From: the human T2T-CHM13v2.0 reference genome, Homo sapiens | Length of the DNA: 64,000 nucleotides | Assembly (NCBI RefSeq): GCF_009914755.1 | Contig: NC_060934.1 | Strand: one strand, 5' to 3' | Shown here: positions 1 through 17,106 of the stretch, piece by piece | How the letters are laid out: each line of letters begins with the position of its first letter | Position numbering within the stretch: position 1 is the first letter of the stretch | The notes under the pieces: model-generated | Database searches by the model: none | What the model was told of the DNA's origin: nothing | The model's input: only the letters and a program-made list of their open reading frames with translations | Position numbers and translations under genes: made by a program

Positions 1-2113
<2,113 letters not shown>

Positions 2114-2126
2114 TTAACTTATTCTC

Positions 2127-2400
2127 AGCTGGGCACAATGGCTCATGGCTGCAATCCCAGCACTTTGGAAGGCTTAGGCAGGCAGATCACTTGAGCCCAG
2201 GAGTTCAAGACCAGCCTGGGCATCATGGTGAAACTCTGTTTCTACAAAAAAATACAAAAATTAGCCAGCTGTGGTGGCATGCACCTGTAGTCACAGCTAC
2301 TCAGGAAGCTGAGGTAAGAGGATCACCTGAGCCTGGGAAATTGAGGCTGCAGTGAGCCATGATTGCGCCACTGCACCCCAGCCTAGGTGACAGAATGAGA
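2127..2400 (+). mobile_element. Alu (AluJ-like) inserted in the L1 tail
   Basis: Dimeric Alu with degenerate TSD aaaatta(a/g)ct(t/c)attct at ~2109-2125 and ~2645-2660. Confidence 0.92.
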
Positions 2401-2648
2401 TGAAAGAAAAAAAAGAAGAAAGAAGAAATGAAAGAAAGAAAGAGAGAGAGAGAGAAAGAAAGAAGAAGAAAGAGAAAGAAAAGAAGAAAGAGAAAGAAAG
2501 AAAGAAAGAAAAAGAAATGAAAGAAGGAAAGAAGGAAAGAAGAAAGAAAAAGAAAGAAGAAAGAAAGGGAAGAAAGAAAGAGACAGAGAGAAAGAAAGAA
2601 AGAAAGCAAGAAAGAAATAAAAGAAAGAAAGAAGAAAGAAAAAGAAAA
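2401..2648 (+). repeat. GA-rich polypurine tract (GAA/GAAA), expanded Alu tail
   Basis: About 250 nt almost entirely A/G. Confidence 0.95.
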
Positions 2649-3404
2649 TTAGCTCATTCTTTTTGAGGCAGGGCCACATTTCCCAGTCCAATGATGTAAT
2701 ACACATCTTGGCAAACTTGTGAAAACAATCTCAATTCTCTCAAAAAAGGAATGTAAAATATTATCAATATCTGATGAATCTTAAACGAGAAATATCCGCA
2801 GCTTGGTGGAAATAGGGCTGCAGCTCCTGCTTCTCTCGTGGTGAAAGATACCAGGTCAGGTTGTGAATGGTGTCAAGAAACACAGGGAGCTGTGATCACA
2901 AAGATGTCTCTTTCATCAATTTTCTTTCCTAGCTTGACTGTGTGAAGACCTTTTCTCATTTCAGAACTCTTGCATGATTCTTTCCAAGGGTCTAAACAGT
3001 GACGACTCACTTGCTGTTTCTAATGAGGTCAAGTCTCAAGGCCATCCTGTATGGAGTTAAATGTCACTCTCACGAGTATACCCAGAAATATCTCCCACCG
3101 CTGTCTGTACATTGTTGTGGTCAGAGATGCTTCCAGCTCTGTCTTGGTCGAACAGCTTGCGGGGCAGCCCAGTGAGCTATTATTGGAGAGGTAGCTTAGG
3201 AGGGGACCAGGCTCTGGAACTGGGTCTTCTCACACAAGCGGAGCAGGCTCAGACACCGCACCAGCTGGACAAGTGGGGAGGAAGGAAGGCAGGCTAGCAC
3301 AGGGCCGAGTTCACAGCCAGGTGGCTCTCCAGCCAGCCACCAGCATCATTCTCAGCAGGTGAGAAGAGCAAGGTGCCACAGAGACTGCTGGGTACTTAGC
3401 CACC

Positions 3405-3815
3405 ATCCAGTCTTCCCTGCTTCCTCCGTGACTGCAACGTGCCATTCAGTGTGGCCATGCACACAGGAGAAAGCCTGCACTTCTCCCTGCTCCTGCAGCT
3501 AGGAGTGGGCAATGAGATGTATGTGCAAATCATTGAATGGGATTTCTGAGAAAGCTCCTCTACGGCTGCTATTCCTTCCCTTTCTTCTTGTGTGGAATAT
3601 GGACCTCATAGCTGCAGTTCCTGCAGCCATCATACTGAAGATACCAGAAACATCCTAGAGATAGGAGGAGCTGGGGTCCTCAATGACTCTGTGAAACCAA
3701 CATGGCTGTACTGGACGGCTCACCTTCAAGCTTTCTTTAATGGGAGCGAATGAACGCTTCCTCTGTTTATGCCATGTATTTGGGTCTCTGTGATCCCAAC
3801 AATCCTCACTCATAC
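3405..3815 (+). mobile_element. Old ERVL-class LTR (LTR16/LTR33-like)
   Basis: Resembles recalled consensus motifs (tgcagccatc..., gggtcctcaatgac..., atcctcactcatac end). Highly diverged. Confidence 0.5.
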
Positions 3816-4670
3816 TATGGACAAAAAGAGGCACAGGAACAGGACACTCAGAGGCCCAGGCAGGGAAGCAGCTGCAGATGCTGGGGAGGAAGGCCAGTAA
3901 AGAGTGAGGTGTGAGCCACCACCCCGCGTGCAAGTCAGGGCTCTCCCTCCAGCCTCCCAGGGACCTGGGCTGCTGGTCATGCTGTCCAGATGGAACTTTG
4001 TCCAGGGAAATGGATGACATCCAGGTTCCAGAATGTGTACACAAAACCAGAACTGAGTTCCAGGAACAAATAAAAGCACAATTATGAAGACCAGCTAGGG
4101 CCTGATGTCAAAGCTGCATGAGCAACAAAAAGGGATTTGGTGCCAAGTTCTTAAACCCCTCTAGCCTGGAGTCAGGACGGGTGTAGAGAGCCAGGTGAGG
4201 GTCAGCATGTGGGCGGATGTCTCTTGGCTTCGGCCATGGTGAGGGTGAGGGAGGATGCTGAGGAACGGCAAGGCCACAAGAGCAGGCTCCCTCCCTCCCC
4301 TCTGGGATGGTGAGGAGCCAGGTCCTCCCAGAGGGGTGAGCCCACAGGATCTCCTCCCATGAGAAGCTCCATCAACCTCTGTCCCCATCAGATTCTATGC
4401 CTCAAACAGGACTGAGACAAAGGAGGGAGACAGCAAGGAGCTCCCTACTGCTCAGGGAGAGTCAGAAGGAGGTCCTGGGGTCGGGGAAGCTGCTGACTAT
4501 GCCAGCTCCTGCTCTTGGAGGCACCCATGGAGAATTCTCCATCAGCGGCCCTCCTGTAGTTGACTCCTGTGGGGACAGGTCCTCCTGAGGGCAGCTGAAT
4601 GTTTCCTCAATGTGTTAATTGAGAAGCTGCAGCTGCCCACGATACTAATCTCTATGAAAATGGTGCTCGA

Positions 4671-4983
<313 letters not shown>

Positions 4984-4986
4984 TGG

Positions 4987-5347
4987 TGTTATAAATTGTG
5001 TTTGTGTCCCCCTAAAATTCATACATTAAACCCTAATCCCCAATGTCATGGTATTGGAGGTGGAGGCTTGGGAGGTGATTAGGTCATGAGGGTGGAGCCC
5101 TTGTGAATGTGATTAGTGGCCTTATAACAGAGGCCTCAAAGAGCTCCCTTACCCCTTACACCAAGTGAGGACACAGAAATGGCCATCTATGAACTAGGAA
5201 GCCTGCCCTCACCAGATGCCAAATCTGCAGGTGCCTTGATCTTGGACTTCCCAGTCTCCAGACCTGTGAGAACTAAATTTCTGTTTGTTATATAAGCCAC
5301 CCAGTCTATGGTATTTTTGTTATATCAACCCAGACTTAGAATAGACA
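4987..5347 (+). mobile_element. MaLR solo LTR (MLT1A-like)
   Basis: TG...CA ends with typical motifs gaggtgattaggtcatgagggtggagccc and ccttgatcttggacttcccagtctccagacctgtgaga. Confidence 0.85.
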
Positions 5348-6023
5348 AACACAAACAGCTTAAAGGTGAAGGATATTTATTATTTCCCTTAGCAAGAGGC
5401 CTAGAGATAGTTTATTTCAGGTTTGCTTAATTCAGCAGGTCAATTTATTTCAGATTTAGTTAATTCAGCAGGACAATAAGTCATCCATCACGTACATGCT
5501 CAGTTTACTGACCTTGCCCTTCTGCCTTGTCTGAACTGTCCCAAACGGCTGCCACAGTCTACAGTGCCATATCTATATTAAAGAGGAAAGCCTTTCTCAT
5601 ACTTTCCCTTGTATCTAATTGGCCCAAATTGAGTCATATGACTGCTGCAGGAGGGAATGCCAAAATAAATAGGCAGGGCATGTTTTCAAGTCTTTGTGAG
5701 AAGTGGCTTCTGCCAGCAAAGAAGCAGGTTGGAAATGGATGTTAGTAGACAATGAGGGGTGCCTACCATGGGGTTGGCAGGCATTGTTCTCCAAGAACAG
5801 CCTACATTGAGGTCTTGGGAGCTTCCTAGAGCCTTATGTCATGAGAATTTATCTACATACTTAACAAAGATGGCATTGAAGTAATTGTTTTTTCTTCACC
5901 CAATCTTGAAGGAACTGCCAGGCAAGGTGTGCTAAACTATCATTGGCCAAGGGGTGGGCCTGTGGTCTTGGCACTAAGAAGGGATGTCAAGTGTCACAAG
6001 CCACTCAGAACTCTTGCATCTTG

Positions 6024-6085
6024 TTGGGCATGGTGGCTCATGCCTGTAATCCCAGCACTTTGGGAGGCCAAGGCTGGCAGATTGC
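6024..6085 (+). mobile_element. Alu 5' fragment (~60 nt)
   Basis: gggcatggtggctcatgcctgtaatcccagcactttgggaggccaagg, then an abrupt end. Confidence 0.85.
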
Positions 6086-8630
6086 CTTGTTCAACCAAGT
6101 TCTGAATCTCAAACAAAGTAATAAAAATAGAGGAAATGATGAAAGATACAGTATTCAGACTCAGCTGTCCTTTAGGGTCCCTCATACACGTCCTTCCAGA
6201 TCCCTGGTTGTGCAGATTTTTTTTCTTTTTTTAGATATGTGAGCCACCCAATATCATTTAAATAACTCCTTTCAAATTAGGGGCAGCAGTGTTGCTGTTG
6301 CTTGCAATCAAAGAACCCTGGCCACTGCAGGTGGAATACAACCTGTGACACGTGTTTGCAGGGAGGCAGAGGCAGGTATAACTCCCATCCTGTAAAAACA
6401 CAATTCTAATTCTATCCACTAAAAGATTTTTAAAAGCCAACTTTTGAACTGCTTTTCTTTTACTCAGGCCAACTTTTAACACTGAAATCAGCCCCTCAAG
6501 GTGAAAAACAAAACATCTATTGAGGTCTTATACTAATCGACAGCCTCAACTCAACCTATGCTTACATCTGATTTCTCAGCAAATAGATATGAACCCAATC
6601 TTGCAGCTACATGCTAGAAAATTGCCTAGCAAACAATGCATGAACCTTCTCTGTCTCTAAAGTAAAAGAACACATTAATTTTATCAGGGCATTCAGAGCT
6701 GGGATTATGTGCCTGCCTCTCTCAATCGCCCCCTAGAGATTTAGCCAAACAATGTCTCTCAGTTGTGAAAAACAAAATAGAAAGCAATTACTATTAGGAA
6801 TATTAAACTTTACTCTTAGCTTTTAAAATGACACTATAGTCCTTTCTCCAAAGAGTTCTTCAATCAGGTATTCGCTCTGTACTGCAAAAGAAACCAAGGA
6901 TGCCTCTGTTAAGCAGGGATTATGAGATAAGATCCGTAATAGACATCCAGCCTTATTGGAGTAACAATATTTCATTACCCTGCATCAAACTAATGCACCA
7001 TTATAATGATCTGATCATTAGAATAGTGGTTCATTCAGACTAATAGCCCACAAAATGTCAGCCTATAAAACAAAGCTGAGCTTGGTTATAGGTACAGATA
7101 GCCCACTGTAGGGCCATATCACAGACTGGGGAGAGAGAATCTTCTGTCTGCAGTCACAAATCAAATGCCTCCATGCCCTGGGAGGAAAATCTGGAAAGAC
7201 ACTTATGTATTATGACATGCCTGTTGTGAGAAGTGGCCTGATTGTCACTTGGGCGCTGTGCTATTCTCTTATGTCTGCATGGTATATTATCGTACTATAG
7301 CCACTCGACCCAATGTTCAATTAAAAGAGGGTTTCTTAGCAACCAAAACAATATTATTGTGCTGTCAGAGGAAAAACACCAGATTAGCAGAAAATCCCGA
7401 TTCCAAGTTCTGAATCAGGACTTCCGGCCAAACACATGCTCTGCCCTTGACTCAAAGAGGCCTCCACAGCCAACGCTCCCCACGGGGCTCTCCTCCTTGG
7501 CCACAACAGCTTCGCTGGCACAACGTGGTGCGTGGGTGCTGAGTGAGGCACCAGCCCCAGTGCTGGGCCTGTACGTGACCAGGTGGGGGTGTGGGAGGCC
7601 CAGAAGGAGCCATCCCAGAAGCACCCGCTGTATGTACATTCACTGTTGTGGTGCGATCTGCGAGGCCCAGCTTGTCCCGGCACCACCCTCGGCCGCCCTG
7701 TACGTTCCCTCTTTTAAAGGCATCTCCCTCCTGTGCTGCTCGACATCATTTCAGGGGTATCACAGGATGTCCTTGGAGCTCTGCTCTTTAAACAGCTTGG
7801 ATTCCTCCCCTAAGAGCTGGCAGCCTTCCTTACCCCACGAGAAAGTTGCTGGAGCTACATTTGGGAATGACTCTGTCTGGGAGGGTGGACATTGCAGAAC
7901 CGGCTTCTGTGCAGGAGGGCCTGTGGAGGCTTGGTAGGGAGGGAACGACTGAGTTGAGTCCCCATTTCCCTTCCCCCATCTGCCACTCTCAGCTCAGGGT
8001 GTGGGGTGCAGAATGAGACAGATGCCCTCACTCTAGGACTCTTCCCTGAACCCTTAGGTTTGGTAAGATGTCCCTCCCAAATGCTGTCACAATAACCTGT
8101 GTGTATTCTTGCGATTTTCATTCACTGTAGTAGCACAGACCACGTTATATATTAAAAATGCCCAGAATTTCTGCTTCGTGGGGATGAGACTTTGCCTTAT
8201 TCACTGCTTAACTCTCACGTGTAACACAATGCCTAACGGGGGGAAAAAAGGTGAAAAACATTCAATTCGCTTCACACACAGCACAGGAAGAGTGTGTTGC
8301 AGGGGCCACAGTGGTGCTCTTGGCCTCTGAGAGTTTAGAATCTAGGAGAAAATGAGGATGAAAGTGTGGACTCCAGGGAAGCAGGGGCTGGCGGAGAAGT
8401 TCAGCAGGCGGTTGGGTGAGCTCCCAAGCTGGGGAAGGGACCAAAGCCTCCAAGTGAGGAGCCCTTCCCAGGCAGCGCCTCTCCCACCCACCAAGCCCCA
8501 GTGTTGGGTGTTGGAGGAAACAAAATGTGTTCCTCTCTTCCCTTAAGAGGAGCCCTATAAATGCCGGCTGCTTAAATTTTCACCTATGATGATTTACGTC
8601 TCTGTTAGGCTGCCTTTTAAAACCCCAACT

Positions 8631-8770
8631 CAAAATACAAAAATTAGCCAGACGTGGTGGCACACGCCTGGAATCCCAGCTACTCAGGAGGTGGAGGCAG
8701 GCGAATCACTTGAACCCAGGAAGCGGAGGTTGCAGTGAGCGGAGGTTGCAGTGAGCAGAGGTTGCAGTGA
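8631..8770 (+). mobile_element. Alu right-arm fragment ending in a 16-bp triplication
   Basis: Linker aaaatacaaaaattagcc and right arm, ending in (gcggaggttgcagtga)x3. Confidence 0.88.
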
Positions 8771-11090
8771 AGGGAAGTCCTTAAATGATCACATTTTAAG
8801 CAACACAGCCCCTCTCCTCAGCCAGGTCATACTGGACGATACGTGAACAGCTGATCCACAGGCAAGCCGGTCTCTCTACTGATCAATGGCACCTGCCTGG
8901 AAAAATATAAGATGTGCTAATCAGATTCTTTTTGTGAGAAATCTGAACTGTGAAACTGAATCAAGTTAGCAGCAAGAATCGTATCTGAAAGGTTGCAAAG
9001 AAAATGCTCCCAGAACACGGGAAGTGCTGCACGTTTACTGAAGGGATGAAAAGCACTCTGAGGTAGAGTCACGGCCAGCCCATGTTCCAAAGAAGCAGGA
9101 ACTAAAAGGTACAGACCAGGTGGACAACAGGGCGACCCCCTTCCAAACGTCAACTCAAAACACGCCATATTCTTGATACATGGTGCTGCTACTACCAAGG
9201 CTAGTCTTCAAGGTCTTCCTTCCAGACGAGCAGTAGGTTTTGTTAGGAAGCCCCACATGTGGCATATTTTCCTTCGAGGGTGGATTCGCTCTTATCCTGG
9301 CGTTATTTATAGCCAAGTCTTAAGCTTACTGTTTGTGAAACAACCAGCTGAAGAATATAATGAAGCCTGTCCCTGGGATTGAACGTGCAGATCTGCAGAT
9401 CAGGGGTTTGGACAAGGACATCACTGTGGTCTTCTCAAGAGCCATCATGGGACATTCTGCCACTGTGATTCCCACCAATCCCTTCCCTTCCACACTGTGT
9501 CTAGATATGAAGAAATACAGGAAAATTTCCCAGGAGGATGAGACCCCATAGAAGGCAGATATTGGGAAACTTGATGAAAAGCTTAATAAAATTTAGAAAA
9601 TGATGCTTATTGCCAGCAACATCAGCAGGACTATGTCATCCCTTGACATCCCTGCTCCCGCCTCCGTGTTCTGGTCTTGACCTCTGGATTGCAGGCCGTC
9701 TTTCTGTTACACTACTGATTCTTCCTGCCAAGGGATGGTTGAGTTACTTTCCCAAACATCTCTAACTTGGGTTTTGGGACCCACATGCCAAATTTCAAAA
9801 GGAACCCTCAGCCCGGGAATATGTGATTGCAAACATCGACTTTCCATTTTCTGATTTTCTCTGTTAGCAGATTTCCCAGTAAGCATCGTCTCTGGAGACA
9901 CATAGGTAAAAACACAAGAGCACAAATCGAACCAAAATTCCCCTAGAAGAAGAAAGCCAGGGAACTGTGGAGAGAATACCAAAGACAGCGATACAAGTTG
10001 CTTTGGGTGGTTGTGAATAGAGGAAGTGGAACAAAGCTCGTGGTTCAGCGCCTGGAAAACTGCAGCCCTGCCAAGTGGCAAACCCAGCCACTGTCCCTTC
10101 TGGACAGATGCATCTGGCACTGCAGAATTTCTTCATCTTCCTTGGTGTTCACTGCTCACGACATTTGGGTCTGAGGCTGAGGGTTGGGATTTGATAGAAT
10201 AATCTCCCCTGTTTTGCAGGCATGTCATGGATACACAGTTACTCTCTCCATCACCGCATTTTCAGATGCCTATAGAAAGTGTCAGGAAACATTAGGTGGA
10301 AAAGGTTCTGAAGTGAAGGCTGGTCAAAGGGAAATGGCAGGAAAGAGGCTTTACTTGCCTGTCTGGTCTCCCAGCCACTGAAGTCTGATGGTGCCGTTGA
10401 ATTCAGGACAAAGCCAGTGGCTGGCGAGGCTGAAGGAGAAAATGCATGCCAGGCAGGCTCTGGGACATCGTGTGAGCTGTTTTCCGCAATCCTCCTCCCT
10501 GCCAGATGCACGCATTTGAGAAGGATTTGGGTTCGGCAAGGTGAACAGAATTCAAATCTCTCATGGGAAAAAATGATAAAGGAACAATGTCTACAGTTCA
10601 CCGCCTTCCCAGGAAGAATTGTTCAACAAAAGCTGCAATGTGGGCTCCACGCTAGAAGACCGTATGGCCACCAGAGGTCTCAGCGTGGCCTCACAGCACA
10701 AGCTACCATTGAGGCCGCTTTTATTCTAAACTTGTCCAAATGGAGCTGAGACAAAAGCGGGTGACCTGGTGGTCCCAGAAGTGGAGGACGGTTGGGGGCT
10801 TCTGTAACTGAATGACCAAGTCTCTGAGCTCTCAGAACCTTGACTTCCTTCACTCTCAATGTCAGATTTAAAAAATACACCTTCTATGAGGATGTAGAAC
10901 TGGAACTCCCATGCACTGCAGGTGGGGATGTAAAATGGCACAACAACTTTGGAAACAGCTTGGCAATTTCTTAAAAAGGTAAACATACACCTACTGTGAA
11001 ATTCAGCTGTTCTACTCCTAGGTATTTATGCAAAGGAAAGAAAGTTCCTTCCATGCAAAGGCTTGTATATGAATGTTCGTAGTAGCTTTA

Positions 11091-11588
<498 letters not shown>

Positions 11589-11624
11589 CTATATACTTTT
11601 GCTTATATAAAGTACTAGGAATTG

Positions 11625-11765
11625 GGCTGGGCGTGGTGGCTCATGCCTGCAATGCCAGCACTTTAGAGTGCTGAGGCAGGAGGATTTCTTGAGGCCAGGA
11701 GTTCAAGACCAGCCTGGGCAACGTAGCAAGACCCCATCTCTTTAAACAAAAATAATCAATTAATT
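11625..11765 (+). mobile_element. Alu left monomer (FLAM-like)
   Basis: Single monomer followed by an A-rich tail. Confidence 0.85.
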
Positions 11766-11780
11766 TAAAAATAAAGTTCT

Positions 11781-12046
11781 TCACATGGACACAGGGAGGG
11801 GAACATCACACACTGGGGGCCTGTTGGGCGTTGGGGGGCAAGGGGAGGGAAAGCATTAGGACTAATGCCCAATGCATGAGGGGTTTAAAACCTAGATGAC
11901 AAGTTGATGGATGCAGCAAACCACCATGGCACATGTATACCTACGTAACAAACCTGCATGTTCTGCACATGTATCCCAGAACTTAAAGTATAATAAAAAA
12001 TAAAAATTAAAATAAAATAAAATACAAGTAGAAATTTTAAAAATAA
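11781..12046 (+). mobile_element. 5'-truncated L1PA 3' end
   Basis: L1PA 3' UTR and A tail, with TSD aaaaataaagttct. Confidence 0.9.
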
Positions 12047-12339
12047 AAAAATAAAGTTCTAGAAGGTGAAGGCTAATCTATATTGACAGAGAGCTTACAA
12101 GTGGATGCCTGGGGATGGGGTGAATGCCAAAGAGGTGTTACAAAGGAGCACAAGGAAACTTTGGTGGTGAGGGGTGTGTTCATTTTCTTTACTGCAATGG
12201 TGATTTCACAGGTGCATACACATGTCACAAGTTACCAACTGGAGGCTTCAAACATGTGCAGTTTATTATACATTAGTTGTACCTCAGTAAAGCTGTTTTT
12301 AAACATATGCGTCTTTCACACTCTTCCTGGAACTGCCTC

Positions 12340-12615
12340 CTGTTTATCCTTAAGACTCAGCTTCAGCATCTGTCACCTTCCTGAGGAAGGGTTCTTGGCC
12401 ACGGCTCCTTCTCTCTCTCACATGTTCACTCTGCTTAGGCCTCCTCTATGCTCACCTGTTTCTCTGTAATAACATTTATTAGGGTGTTCTCTAATGACTG
12501 ATTGGAGTGATGAAGGATGGAGGACAGGGCTTCATCTTTTAGATGTATCCTGGGAACCTGCCGTGGGGCCAGTCTTATAGATGCTCAGCGAGTGTTTGTT
12601 GAATGAATGAATAAA
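12340..12615 (+). mobile_element. L2 3' end
   Basis: Ends in gatgctcagcgagtgtttgttgaatgaatgaat, the typical L2 terminus. Confidence 0.65.
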
Positions 12616-12630
12616 TAAAAGAAGTTTATA

Positions 12631-12906
12631 ATGCAGGAACAGAAAACCAAATACTGCATATACTCATATATTAGTGGGGGCTAAATGATATGAACTTATG
12701 AACACAAAGAAGGAAACAACAGACACTGGGATCCACTGGAGGCAGGGGGTTGGGAGGAGGGAGAGGAGCAGAAAAGATAACTATTCCGTACTGGGCTTAA
12801 TACCTGGGTGACAAAATAATCTGTATAACAAATCCCCGTGACACAAGTTTGCCTGCATAACAAGCCTTCACATGTACCCCTGAACTTAAAATAAAAATTA
12901 AAAAAG
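12631..12906 (+). mobile_element. Older L1PA (L1PA15/16-like) 3' end
   Basis: gaacagaaaaccaaatactgc...gggagaggagcagaaaagataacta...ccctgaacttaaaataaaa. Confidence 0.85.
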
Positions 12907-12992
12907 AAGAATTTCAAAGTATTTAGTTTGAATCTTCTAAAACACTAGACACCTCCTTTGGGACAAAACATATGCTTAACCTTCAATAAACA

Positions 12993-13091
12993 ATGGATGG
13001 ATGGATGGATCGATGGATGGATGGATGGATGGATGGATAAATGGATGGATGGATAGATGGAATGATGGATGGATGGATGGATGGATGGATG
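12993..13091. repeat. (ATGG)n imperfect microsatellite
   Basis: Direct reading. Confidence 0.95.
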
Positions 13092-14568
13092 AATAGTTAG
13101 GGATCTAACAGCCTAACCATACCTCAGCCTGAAGCATCTGAGGCCAGGAGTTCAAGACCAGGCTCTATTTCCCTATGACCCAGAGTTAGCTTCTGAAATC
13201 TACTCTTAACCCTTCCCAATAACCACAGCACCCCCAGGCCAGCAGCCCAGATGCCCTGCTTCCTCCACATCGGGCATCCCTAGGCTCAGTCCACTCCAGA
13301 GCCCTGGCTCAATCTGTTGTGACATCAAGACTTTTGCCAGGCCTTTCCACAACAATACTTCACCTGGAGAATGTTCTACTTTGTCATGGTGCTGAGTGGG
13401 GGAAAATAGAATAATTTATTCCAGTTGGATGCTTTCTTTTCTTTCTAATAAACCCCAATTTCCCAAATTATAATTAAAAGAAAAATATTAGAGCACAAAT
13501 AGCATTATAACATTGAATTGCTGTATTTGGTGGACTTTTTTCTCTAAATCCACATCAATAGGCAATTTAACAATAGGAGAAATCTCAATGGGAGTTCAGC
13601 AGATGAAATTAACACAGTGCACAGCTCTGGACTGAAATATTTCTTTGCCCATGTAATTGCTTGCAGCCACCCTTGTGTAAAAGTCCCCATCAGATTACAG
13701 GATTTGTTGTATGTAAATTGAAGACTAAATGGTTGGTAGCACCTTTCAGCTCTGCAATGCTGGAAATGAGTTTTTTAATAGGAAATTAGATTAGTAATAT
13801 TTTAGTCAACAAAAATGTGGAAAAATTCTGCATAAAGATGAGAAAATTATTCATGCAAAGAGACTTTTAGAATCAACAGTGAACAATTGTTGAAATTTGT
13901 AAATGGTTACTCAAAAGAATTTCTCTACCCTTCTCCTGGTCAAAGTTCAGGGCAAGAGAAAAAAATGATTTTCTTCATGCCTTTATCACAGGATTCCACC
14001 ACAATTAATAGTGCGGATAATGACAGTGCAGTCCCTTTTTCTACAGCTCCCTACAGTTTGTGTGTAATCTGGAAGTGTAAATCGGTCGCAGGGTAATTAC
14101 TTTGCCTTTGGCAGCCTAATGCACTGGTGTGGGCAGGGATGCTTCCTTAGAAAGTTGGCATGTTCTGGAAGCCTGGAAGGTGGGAGGTGGAGGTTATGGG
14201 GAGGGCGTGGGCTGGGGCAGATAGAGTAGAATCTGGGTGTCTGACCTTCCTTTTTCTAGCCAGTGCACCTGGCTGGGTTCTAGGAACCAGGGCTAGGTAG
14301 GCCTTACTGTGATTCTAGGCCAAAAGTAAGGAGAACATGGAACTGGATCTTTCTGTCTCACTCCAGGAAAGCTGGGGTTGGGAATCCAGTACAGGGCACA
14401 GTCCCAGACAGAGCAGTACTTATGGGCCGGGTCACAGAGGCCTCAAGTGCCCTACTAAGGGGGCGCACCAGAGGGTTCTTTTTCAGGGACAGCACCCAGA
14501 AGAATCCCTTGAGTAAGGATCATGGTTAATGGAGTGTGAAATTTGTACAATTAGGGGATGGCTCTTTA

Positions 14569-14880
<312 letters not shown>

Positions 14881-14887
14881 GAAAGGA

Positions 14888-14975
<88 letters not shown>

Positions 14976-15018
14976 AGGAAGGAAAGAAAGAAGAGAGAAA
15001 GAAAGAAAGAAGAAAGGA

Positions 15019-15066
<48 letters not shown>

Positions 15067-15164
15067 GAAAGAAAGAAAGAAAAAGGGAAAGAGAGAGTAA
15101 GAAAGGAGGGAGGAAGGGAAAGAGAGAGAGAGAGAAAGAAAGAGAAAGGAAAGAAAGGAAAAAG
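14881..15164 (+). repeat. (GAAA)n compound microsatellite, 22 perfect units at 14886-14973
   Basis: Direct reading; derived from the Alu tail. Confidence 0.96.
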
Positions 15165-15796
15165 AAAATTATGAATACTCCATTAGGCACAAGGTCTTGG
15201 AAGGGGCTCTGGAACTTAAGCTTCCTAAGTTACCCTGTGAATCCACCTCTGCCCACGAGACAAACTGCAAAGAGGCCGGGAACATTGTATGAAGCTGTGA
15301 CCCAGGGCTGGGGAGAAAACTACACCAAGAGGTGAGTGGTTTTGCTTCCCCGAGGTTGGGTAATGTGGAGAAAGCAGGCAGTGCGCCGGTGTCTGGGGCT
15401 GGTCCCCAGAAAAGAACCTACAACTGGCTGGAGGTGGCCCGTCCAGCCCTCCTCCACCGGAAGCAGGGACGATGGTGCGTGCGCCGCCGATAGGTGCGGG
15501 CCTTCTAAGAGCGGAGCTGCTCCTTCAAAATGGACACTCAGAGACCTGTGCTGGCTGGAATCAAGTGCCCAGGGAGCCCCAAAACGGGGCTTCTGGCTCC
15601 CTCCTGCTTCACTGGGGCAGCTCTCCAGGGATGGCTCTGTCCTGTGCCCAAGGCTGGAATGCCTGAAAGAGAGGGAGAAGGGCCTGGGGAAGCAGCTCAC
15701 GTGAGAGGGAAATTTAGCAGCCAGAGCCATTGAGAAGTCGTGCCAGCCACTCCACACAGCCACTCTCTGATTGCCCCGGTTCCATGTCTTACTTGT

Positions 15797-16357
<561 letters not shown>

Positions 16358-16598
16358 TTAAATGACGATTATGCAGACCAGTGGATCTCCAGTGTGGTGT
16401 ACCGTAGCATCACCCGGCAACACTTTTTAAAGTAACCTTTTTTTGAAATATAACGAGCAAAAATGGGAAAAAAATATATACAGATCATAACTTTGCAGCT
16501 AATGCATTTTCTCAAAAGTACCTACCATCCAGACCATGAAGAGAACACGGCTGCACATGAAGTACTTTCATAAATGCAGATTCTCCTGCCTCTTTCTA

Positions 16599-17106
<508 letters not shown>

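Noticed and set aside
2301-2706. K/E/R-rich and F/L/S-rich ORFs (also 14801-15190)
   Set aside because: Translations of GAAA-type simple repeats.
7242-7937. 231-aa plus-strand ORF
   Set aside because: Non-ATG start, no recognisable domain or exon structure; plausible by chance in GC-richer sequence.
8723-8770. Repeated 16-mers as a CRISPR-like array
   Set aside because: No spacers; Alu-derived tandem repeat in primate DNA.
15470-15520. CpG-rich spot with a CTCF-like word (also 14455-14470 and 49166-49180)
   Set aside because: Too many core mismatches and too short for a CpG island.
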